Positions 23,051 to 33,600 of a DNA stretch of 64,000 nucleotides are shown here, one piece after another. The stretch comes from Macrostomum lignano. Its lineage: Eukaryota. Within the stretch, counting starts at the first letter, position 1. Every line of letters begins with the position of its first letter. Location: positions 136,150-200,149 of the forward strand of contig NIVC01002150.1 of NCBI GenBank assembly GCA_002269645.1, written 5' to 3'. The position numbers and the translations under genes are program-made. Below the pieces are notes generated by a model, which was given only the letters and a program-made list of their open reading frames with translations, did no database searches and was not told the DNA's origin.

Positions 23051-23741
23051 GTCAGCTGGGAGTTCAACTGACATTATAGAGCATCGCGGTGTCAGCTGGG
23101 AGCTCAACTGATATTATAGAGCATCGCGGTGTCAGCTGGGAGCTCAACTGATATTATAGAGCATCGCGGTGTCAGCTGGGAGCTCAACTGATATTATAGA
23201 GCATCGCGGTGTCAGCTGGGAGCTCAACTGATATTATAGAGCATCGCGGTGTCAGCTGGGAGCTCAACTGATATTATAGAGCATCGCGGTGTCAGCTGGG
23301 AGCTCAACTGATATTATAGAGCATCGCGGTGTCAGCTGGGAGCTCAACTGATATTATAGAGCATCGCGGTGTCAGCTGGGAGCTCAACTGACATTATAGA
23401 GCATCGCGGTGTCAGCTGGGAGTTCAACTGACATTATAGAGCATCACAGTGTCAGCTGGGAGTTCAACTGACATTATAGAGCATCACGGTGTCAGCTGGT
23501 GAGTTCAACTGACATTATAGAGCATCACAGTGTCAGCTGGGAGTTCAACTGACATTATAGAGCATCGCGGTGTCAGTTGGGAGTTCAACTGACATTATAG
23601 AGCATCACGGTGTCAGCTGGTGAGTTCAACTGACATTATAGAGCATCGCGGTGTCAGCTGGGAGTTCAACTGACATTATAGAGCATCGCGGTGTGAGCTG
23701 GTGAGTTCAACTGACATTATAGAGCATCGCGGTGTGAGCTG
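23051..23741. repeat. 40-bp minisatellite (GTCAGCTGGGAGTTCAACTGACATTATAGAGCATCGCGGT), ~17 units
   Basis: Direct reading; units abut with no spacers. Confidence 0.97.
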
Positions 23742-23866
23742 AGGTCTAAATAGGCACAGACATAAAAATACATATGCATGTACGCGTGCACCCTACATAC
23801 AGTAGCATAATTCAATATTAACTGAGAAAACGCTAAACTACTCAGTGCAGTAAGTAGTATACAAAG

Positions 23867-24355
23867 TCAGCAAACAGCGCAGCGGCATTCGTCCCGCTCG
23901 AAGCTGCACTGCCTCCACCAGGCCTCGTCGGCGATTCGCTCAGCAGTTGTCGTTGTTGTCGTCCTCGCCAAATCGACCGCCGGTGTCCGCATGAGCAGCA
24001 GCTGCTGTTGCTGCTCCCAGTCGTAGCAGCATCTCCGGTTGGTCCGGCACCAGACCAGGCCGCACCACACGGAGCCGCAGGCGGCCAGGCCAGTGCCAAT
24101 CAACAGCGCCCAGACTCCGGCCAAGCGGTAGCGCGCGGCTGTCGGCCAACCGGCGGCGTGCAGCAGCTCGGCCCGGTAGAGGCAGCTGCCGCCCGCTACT
24201 ATGAGCACCGCGCCAAGCAGCGCCAGGGTCAGGCATTTCGTGTACTGGCGCCGCCGGCTGAGGACATTGGCGCTGGCGCACCGGCGCTCCTGGCAACGCC
24301 GCGTATGGCGCCGCTGTTGGCCTGCCGGACGCCTGCATGGACCATTAAAGTACAT
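23867..24355 (-). CDS. Putative small two-TM membrane protein, Cys/Arg-rich, 162 aa, unknown function
   Basis: GC-rich ATG-to-TGA ORF. Hydrophobic segments CLTLALLGAVLIVAGGSCLY and LAGVWALLIGTGLAACGSVWCGLVWC, followed by basic RTNRR. No family recognised. Confidence 0.55.
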   Translation of the reverse strand: MYFNGPCRRPAGQQRRHTRRCQERRCASANVLSRRRQYTKCLTLALLGAVLIVAGGSCLYRAELLHAAGWPTAARYRLAGVWALLIGTGLAACGSVWCGLVWCRTNRRCCYDWEQQQQLLLMRTPAVDLARTTTTTTAERIADEAWWRQCSFERDECRCAVC

Positions 24356-25409
24356 GTAGTACTCTACACTTGCAAATAGTACAAACCCCGCCGCCGGATG
24401 CTACCCTGAGGTTTTCGCTGTGCTCAAAAAAGATGCATTAACAAGTTCAGAGGTTACGCGCTCGTACATGTTCGAGTTTTTAGTGTATTTTGTCCCATCT
24501 TCATCTTATTACTGTTCTTTGGTAGTGTTAAAATTTTAACTTGCTTGCCTGTCTGTGCAGTGCTGCTGCTGCCGCTGACCAGTCGAACTGCTGCCGTTAA
24601 CTAGCGCGACGCCAGCTGAGTAGCCGGGCTGCAGACGAGCTCTCTGAGCACCATAATTAGCTGCTCTCACTGGCGACAGGCTGTGGAGCTGGGAGGAGAC
24701 GCGGCTGGCACCAGGCGCCCAGTGCAGCGCGGCCAGTTCGCGCTGCCGGCCCAGCTGCCTGCTGCAGTGGCAGCAGCTTCTCGTCTGGCGGCAGCGGCAA
24801 CGCTGATCGCGCGGCTCGGCTGCGAGCGTCAGCTGGTGCTGCGGAAAGTCGGACGAGTTCGAGCTGGCTGCTGCATGCTTTACTGTCAAACTGCTGTTGA
24901 GCATTGTTGTTACATACAGGTTTGGATTGACTGCTGCCCGAGCTCAGTGAGTTCGACATCAATGCACAAATACTAGCCAAATCATGTAGATGCAATATGG
25001 CGCTACTATTGGCCAATTCGTCATGATAAGAAATCAAATCTCTTGTTGCTGCGCGAGGCTTCAACTGCATGAGATCTGTGGCTGGATGCTGCTGGATGGA
25101 GCGAATTGTGTAAGCAGCTAACAAGAACGCCCACGCAACAGATCCGGGTTGCATGCATGCTTGCGCACAGTTTTTAATCTCCCTGCCGAGCTGAAAATGC
25201 ACTGCATAGATGTAAACTTCGCTTACTGAGATCTATCTATACATGCATGAGCAAATCTCTGCTTGCTTAGCACTCGATAGGCTGTTGCACCGACGTGTGC
25301 CTGTCTGCATTATAATGTTCTTTAATGCAGCTGTTGTAAAACTTTGTACTGTCTCAATATTAAATTGATCCAAAACTCTGTACTCGTCGCTTAAGGAGGT
25401 TATCACCCG

Positions 25410-25775
25410 GCCCCAAGCACTGAGTTTGGCGCCGGCCTCTGGCACTGAGTTTGGCGCCGGGCCCTAGCACTGAGTTTGGCGCCGGCCTCTGGCACTGAGT
25501 TTGGCGCCGGCCTCTAGCACTGAGTTTGGCGCCGGCCTCTAGCACTGAGTTTGGCGCCGGCCTCTGGCACTGAGTTTGGCGCCGGCCTCTAGCACTGAGT
25601 TTGGCGCCGGCCTCTGGCACTGAGTTTGGCGCCGGCCCCAAGCACTGAGTTTGGCGCCGGCCCAAGCACTGAGTTTGGCGCCGGCCCCTAGCACTGAGTT
25701 TGCATGGCGCCTCCTCTGGCACTGAGTTTTGCGCCAGGCTCTGGCACTGAGTTTTGCGCCAGGCTCTGGCACTGC
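25410..25775. repeat. 25-bp minisatellite (GCACTGAGTTTGGCGCCGGCCTCTG), ~14 units
   Basis: Direct reading; flanked on both sides by TTATCACCCGGCC. Confidence 0.95.
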
Positions 25776-26917
25776 GTTTATCACCCGGCCTCTAGCAGGA
25801 GGCATGTCCCACAAATTCCTACTTGAACTGCTGTGCAGTGATGCAAGCCCTAGTCTCAACATGCAGCAGCTATATATGATCCAACTGGAGCTGAAAGCGG
25901 CAACTGTGCTTCACAGTTTCATGTGGCACCACTAGTGTTGTCTGTCATACATCAGTTACATAATAATTAGTATAAAATGTGGATGGATAATCCATATTTA
26001 ATTGTAACTATTGCGTAATCAATCCATGCACAAGGCTAGCTACAGCATACTGAGCTGCTTCAGCGCACTAAAGCAATCAGAAAGCGTGGGAAAATCTGCT
26101 TTTAAATCATGCAGATAGTCGCACATGCATGTAATCGTATGTGCCAACATTATACATGTAGAAGCATGGAATGATGGCAGCCTTTTTGGTTGCGCCCCAC
26201 CCCCTATTATCGAGTGCAATTAGATAGACTAGGTTAATTTCGCAATAGTCTCTCTGGAGACCCATGCACGTAGTGTTGAAAAAACGTTATTTGTAAGAAC
26301 GCGATTACGAAATTTACGCAATTACGAAATATTACGAAAAATTTAATTTAGTAATTAAAAAATTGCTGAGAAAACTGCCTGAAACTGTTTCAGCGCTAAT
26401 TCTTTTATTGCACCTAAAAGTGTCAGGACTTTAATTTACATGTATACTTATGTTGTTATTCGTGGCGAATTGTTTCTGTTCTAAATTCTTTACTCGTAAT
26501 ATAGCCATGCAAAAGTTAGACAAAATATGGGAAAATGTCTAGATATATGGGCAAAATTTCGGCGGGCCCACCTCTCTCTCTGATAAATTATACTACTACA
26601 TCATGACTTACACGGCTGGAACAACAATCTCATTAAGCTTATATATGCATAATCCAGAAATATCAAACTCAATTTTTAACCTTACGGCATTTTCATGTTC
26701 CACTTTTAAAAAAGCTAAATGACGATTGATTAAACACTGATAAAATTTCCATGATTAGGATTATAGGGCTACGCGTCCTTTTAACAAAACTTGAAATTTC
26801 CATTGTATTCCGAATAACAGGGTCTAGAGCTTATCTAAAATTGCCTAAATGACCTCTGAGTTTTAACTCATATCAACAATTCAGTGCCGTACACAGGGGG
26901 AAGGGCGGAGGGCCGCA

Positions 26918-27171
26918 CAGCTGGAGCGTCGCCATGGATTTTATGGTGGGCGGGACATGTACATGAACATGCATGTACATTATTTTTCAGAATCGGTGTT
27001 ATCAGCGCTCATTTTGCGCTGCAGGCACTCATTTTTGTGCCGCAGGCGCAATATATTTCGTCATCCTGATCATTGCAAACTTATTGATTTCCATAACGGG
27101 TCACTATTAGGTTGGGTGGGGGTTAAAAAGCATAATTGACATGCCCCCCCCTTGTGGCGACGTCCCCTCAA
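26918..27171. mobile_element. Non-autonomous element with imperfect TIRs (related copy at 47887-48620)
   Basis: Left GGAGCGTCGCCATGGATTTTATGGTGGGCGGGACATG; right CATGCCCCCCCCTTGTGGCGACGTCCCC. No TSD found. Confidence 0.5.
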
Positions 27172-27670
27172 TTGCCTGGGGGGTGACAGAGGTCTGGTTG
27201 GTGCGGGAGTGGTCTGTCAGCGCGCCCGGTCAATCCGTACGCACTCCCCGGTCCGTCAGCCCGCAGAATATTCTGTTGTTGCAATGGTTAACGTTAGTTT
27301 TATCGATCAGAAAGCAACGTTCAGCCGCCGAAGATTCCGGCCCCAATTTTTGATGCACAAAAGAATGCATGAGAAGCCTATTACAATAAAGTATTTCTTT
27401 CTTTGTAAAAAAGAATTGACAAAATTTAAAATACACCCACAACAATGCAAGTTTGTTTGAATGAAAGCGCTGTTCTGGAAATTGAAGTACATATTTAACC
27501 TATTCTCACGCAGTCCAAAATTTTGATATTGACCGACTAGATAGTTACTTTATTTATTTTTAGTAGCTGGCCCTTGCTTTTCAACTTTTCAAGCGATAAT
27601 AATAGTTTCAACCAGTGCACGAGGATCAACAAAGCATCATTCATATCGTATACTCGCTTTAACAGTTAAT

Positions 27671-30600
27671 ATGAAGAAAAAGAATCAACTGAAGTCAACC
27701 AACAGACCGAGCCTGGCTGATGATATTGCTCAGCAAGACCAGCCTTCTCAGAAATCTGGACGAAAACGTAAATTAAATGAAGATGATGGTCCTGTATCTA
27801 TAAAAGTAAGTAAAAAGCTGAACAGTGAAAGAAGAGTGTTCTCATCACAGACTCTGTATTAAGACCTAGCTTCAGCAGTTAGCAAGTTGTGAACTGCCAT
27901 ATTATATTGGTTTGATTGAACACTTTGTTAAGGCTAAGCCCATAGGCATAATAATATAAATTTAATAGGGCAGGGCATTATGAGCCTATAACAGAACTCA
28001 AAACTTTATCCTTTAACATTAGAGTAAATGTGATTTATGTTTTTGTTATAGCTTAAATGCCTTAGGCCTAATATTAGAATATCAATTGACATACACACAA
28101 ACATACACATATATAGTTTTCATTTTTAGTATATCTGATTCATAGTAAATGTTAATTTAATGGGCCTATATAGATCTGGATCATTTTTGAATCCTAGTCA
28201 TCTTATCAACTATCAAGTGCCATTTTGTAAACTTATCTACAAATAGGTTTTAGATAACTTTATTGGTCATTTTATTGTTTCAATATACATTTTTACTATA
28301 GAACATTTGGTTTAATCTGAACACTAAAAAGGTATATAAAAATCATTGAGAGGGGTTCTATTGAGTCTTAAAAACTCTATTTTAGAGTTCTAAGTACTAC
28401 AATTAGGGGGCCTAATATGTATTAATACAAAATGATAATACAATCTACATTGATTATGTATAGATAAATTTTTTGAATTGACAGCAATGATGGGCACTAC
28501 TAAATTTATTTTTAGTGCTGCTAATTAGTGCTATCGCTAACCGATAAAAGAAATAATTAGCAATCGCTAACTAGTAGGTGCTATTTCTACTTTGAATTTA
28601 GCGTAATTAGCGCTGCTAATTTTGAAATGTGAGAATTGATTAATACATTTAATATAAACTACCATTTGACATGTATTTATGCATTCTTGCACATTTTTAA
28701 CTCACACATTTTAAATGAATAAGCTAATAATGCCATTGCTAATAATTTGTTTTTATTATCAATGCTAATAAAAAATCATAAAGCTGCTGAACTATCAGAG
28801 CAATAGTTGGTAGAAAGAGTTCCTAAACTACAATGCTGTTTGCCTTGAAAAACGTCAAGGGCCCTTACTACTGGGGCCATGGCCTTCTTATACTCAAGAA
28901 GGAAAGTGAGATCATCAGCCTGAAATGGTGGTATAGGATTTATTATCCCACTATCACCCTATTGATATAGCCTGTTGCTTTGCATCATCGCTTAGAGAAT
29001 ATCAACTGAGCAGAATGTTGAATTCTTTGATTAAATTATTAAATGAAGTCAAACGAATCAACAACTTTTTGCTAACAAATTAAAGGTAGTAAGAAAACTT
29101 TTAAAAGTCAATAACAAAAACAAGATTAATTGTTGATAACAAAAGCAAAAAAAAAGAAATTCAAATTTAATTTCGAATTTCTAAGAAAGTTAGAAACATC
29201 AGAGATTTACTATAGGTGGATTTATGTAATCTTTAACTTATTACTCAAATAGGGTCTCGTTTTTTGTATTAAACAGTCATTAACTGTCTAGTTTTATAGC
29301 AAAAAAAATATTTAGTTATGTTTGGGTAAAAATTCTTTACAATAGGTTCATTATGATTTGTAGAAAAAAATGGAAGCCAAATTTCAAACATTGATTATGA
29401 TTCTTTAGAAGAATTTATAAAGATAATTTTTGGGCAATAGGTGTCAAAATGAATAGAAATTTTCAAACACTCAGCTTGCCACTCTACTAATACTATGTTA
29501 TACTTTTATAGCAGTTATACTTTTATAATAGTAAAGGTGATACTGCTGACTCATTTAATTAGAATCAATGATAATCTTTTAGTAGCCTTGGAAATATCAG
29601 TTAGCAATAAAGAATAAGGATATCATGATAGCAATTGGCTACAATTGGATTGACACACTCTTAGAATACATCACTTGTCCTACTTAAACATTGAAATCAA
29701 TAAAATTGGCTTGCAACCAAAAATTGTCAACAAATCATGAGTATAGCATCCTAATGTACTGCTAGTGGTTCATGCTAGAAAACTTGCAAGGAGTCAATAA
29801 GCAAGGATGTTAATTGCTTCAAACATATCTTTTTCTGCATTATTTGGGTTGAACAAAATAATTTATAAGCAAAAGAAACAAATATAATAGTTTTCATATA
29901 CCAACAAACTCCTTAATTCATGATTCTTTAATGCTTAATGCAAGCTTTAGCTTAAAAATCAAGAACCACATAATCTATTGTCTCTTTTTTACCATTGTAT
30001 AATTGTATTTTGATCAGTTTTGTGCTTTTGGAAATATTTAATGCTTAATTGGCAGTTTAACACCTATTTTTTATTTTAAAGTACTGGAAGTACTGGCTTA
30101 TCAATGGTAACTTCCATTACCAAAGTTTGTCATTCTAAAAAAAGCTAGAAAAAGTGCCACTTTAAAAGAAGCATAATTCTTAAGGCATATTGTAAACAAA
30201 ACATTTAGTTGAAGGCTTTTTTTGCAGTATAATGTCTAGTGTATAAAAGAACTTTTGTTTGAATTCTAGCAATTAATTTCCCCTATTAGTGTAATAAAGT
30301 TACACTGTGCAAGTGGGGGGCACCTATTAAATATCTAAAGAATAGGCCTAGCTTCTATGTATTTAGCACATTTCAAAGCTGCAATAAAGATTAAAAGTCA
30401 TGCCAAGGAAAATTAGGGTGCATTATCAAACTTGTTTATATCTTGAATTAGACTAAGTAGATTATTTATACAAATGTGTAGTGTGATTTAATATAAGTAT
30501 TGGAAATATCATTTTAGATTGGTCATAATTTTTTATGACTTATAATTGGGAGTTTCAAATCCTAACCTATTTAATAAACCAATTTTTAGTATGTCGACAG

Positions 30601-33600
30601 CAAACTGAGCCAGAAAATTCTCAAAGTTGCACAGGAGCAGCTGGCCGAAACTCGCCTGTAAGTTCAGTAAATAAAACTTGCTAAAATCAATCACCTGTCT
30701 AGATAAAAGCATTTCATTTTTATTTAGTCCAGTAAATTATAACTTAATAAACCTTTCTATGGAAGAAATCTAATGTAGGTCCAAATGTAGAATTTATAAT
30801 GAAAGCTAAAATTGAGATATCAGTTTATCTGTTGAAACATCTTTCTTTCCTGGAAGATTAACCAAATAGTCGTACTTTTGAGTAGCAACAGCAGAGTTTG
30901 ATACTTCAAAAATTATATTCTACCATATGCACAGTTGTAGCTGTATTAGCAGTTTTTTTACTAGGCAGTGGCTTATTCTCACATATTTTTAACTGCCGTA
31001 GTCAGTCTATAATAGTTGTAGCCATGATTATTATGCATTAAATTAAGTTATTACTGTGAAACTAGGACTCTGGGTTTCATTCATCAAGAATGTAATGCAT
31101 ACATGCGCAACTTCTGAAATTACGCTGGCCGTGCGACTTAGTTTTCGATAAAAAATGCGACTTACCTATGAAAGAGCCAAGCAAAAACTTTAGGTAAACG
31201 GCAGGAGTAACTATGACTATATTTTTTAAAGCTAAATGCCTCGCCAGCTAATTAGTGCTGCGTGCAGATTCCGCGTTTTTATAACAGCTAATCAGTATGT
31301 CATCTAGTGGCGGCATGAAGCAATTAGTAAATTGTCAGTACAGTGTAGTGAGCATACTACAAAAGTCATGATTCATGAATGTCCAGAAGTAAGTGAAGTG
31401 AATACAGTGTTAGGCCCTACCTATAGCTCAAGAACGATTTGCTAGACGATTTGGCATGGAAGATGAGAGCCCTGATTCAGATGGCTCATCAGATGCAGAA
31501 TACGAATCCAGTAGAGATACAAGCTGTGAAAACCCACAGATTTTTAAACCACTGAATTCTAATTCCCAGAACTATTTTTGCATAGATTCTAAATTTGAAG
31601 TCATGCTCAAACAAAAACTTGTTAACAGTAAGGAAAAAGGCAAAGATGGGAGTAATGCATGTTAAACTAAGATTTGAGGCCTTTGCAAATTCTCTCCATT
31701 CCTCAATCTTCTCATCCTCTTTTTCTTTTCTCTCTCATCCCTTATCCCTTCTCTCTTTCCTCTCCTCTCTCCTCTCTTTCCTCTCCTCTCCTATCTCTTC
31801 TGTCTCCTCTCTACATTCTTATCTCTCCTCTCGTCTCTCTCCATTCCACTCTACTCTCTCATCTTATCTTCCCTCTCGTCTCTCTCCACTCTACTCTCTC
31901 ATTATCTCTCCTCTCTTTTCTACTCTCTCATCTCTCCTCTCTTCACTCTCCTCTCATCTCCTCTTTATCCTCTCTTCTCTCATCTACTCTCTCCTCTTTC
32001 CTCTTTCCTCTCTTCTGATCTTATCCATCATCTTTTCTTTCCTCTTTTCTCTCATCTCCTCTTCTCTCTCATCTCTTTTTCCTCCCTCAGCTTTTCTCTC
32101 CTCTTCTATCTTTTCTCCCATCGCATCGCTCGCCTCTCCTCTGTTTGCTTATCTCTAATCTTCTATTCCCTCTACTTTGAAGTAAGAAAATATGCACATA
32201 TTTTTGCTGAAGATAAGAGGAGAGAAGAGGGCATTGAGGAGAAAGGGTAGAGAGAAAGGGGGAGAAGAGAGGAGAGTAAAAATGAGAGGAGAGAGAAGAG
32301 GGAAAAGGGGGGAGAGAGAGAAGAGGGGAGGCAAGGTAGAGAAGAAGAGAGAGATGAGAGTTGAAGAGACACCAACCTTGCTACTCGAAGTTAGGAAGTT
32401 TCAAAGAACCCGAGGGGCGAGGGCCAGATAGAGGGGCTTCGCGAGCCGGAGTTTGCCAACCCCTGCTCCAGAGTTAAAGAAATGACGCGGGCTTCTGATT
32501 TCAAAGATCTTGTCTGTGGTTGAAGGCTTCTATTCTGTTTTTGCTCTCCTGCCACACTTGCACCTACTACCCCCTGATTGCCTCTGATTGTGACTTACTT
32601 CCCTCTTATTGCGACTTAGTTGCTTCTTTTTGCGACTTACCTAATCCTTTTTGCGACTTACTTAATCCTTTTTGCGACTTACCTAATCCTTTTGCGACTT
32701 ACCTAACCCGTTTGCGACTTACCTAATCCTTTTTGCGACTTACTTAATCCTTTTTGCGACTTACTTAATCCTTTTGCGACTTACCTAACCCTTTGCGACT
32801 TACCTAACCCTTTGTGACTTACCTAATCCTTTTGTGACTTACCTAATCCTTTTTGCGACTTACTTAATCCTTTTTGCGACTTACCTAATCCTTTTGCGAC
32901 TTACCTAACCCTTTTGCGACTTACCTAATCCTTTTTGCGACTTACCTAACCCTTTGTGACTTAGCTAATCCTTTTTGCGACTTACCTAACCCTTTGTGAC
33001 TTAGCTAATCCTTTTTGCGACTTACCTAACCCTTTGTGACTTACCTAATCCTTTTTGCGTCTTACCTAATCCTTTTTGCGACTTACTTAATCCTTTTTGC
33101 GACTTACCTAACCTTTTGCGACTTACCTAACCCTTTGTGACTTACCTAATCCTTTTTGCGACTTACCTAATCCCTTTTGCGACTTACCTAATCCTTTTTG
33201 CGACTTACTTAATCCTTTTGCGACTTACCTAACCCTTTGTGACTTACCTAATCCTTTTTGCGACTTACCTAATCCTTTTTGCGACTTACCTAATCCTTTT
33301 GCGACTTAGCTGATCCTTTTGCGACTTACCTAATCCTTTTTGCGACTTACCTAACCCTTTTGCGACTTAGCTGATCCTTTTGCGACTTACCTGATCCTTT
33401 TGCGACTTACCTAACCCTTTTGCGACTTACCTAACCCTTTTGCGACTTACCTAACCCTTTTGCGACTTAGCTGATCCTTTTGCGACTTACCTGATCCTTT
33501 TGCGACTTACCTGATTCTTTTTGCGACTTACCTAATCCTTTTTGCGACTTACCTAATCCTTTTTGCGACTTACCTAATCCTTTTTGCGACTTACCTAATC

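Noticed and set aside
23051-23741. CRISPR array (also considered for 37915-39227 and the other arrays)
   Set aside because: Units abut with no unique spacers, no cas genes, eukaryotic context
26271-26345. hAT terminus TAGTGTTG with ATTACG subterminal repeats
   Set aside because: No matching opposite TIR or TSD found
31456-31665. 69-aa acidic ORF as the transposase of the hAT element
   Set aside because: No BED, DDE or dimerisation motifs
31595-32431. Ser/Leu-rich and Arg/Glu-rich ORFs here and at 35846-36296
   Set aside because: Low-complexity CT/AG tracts inside bystin introns
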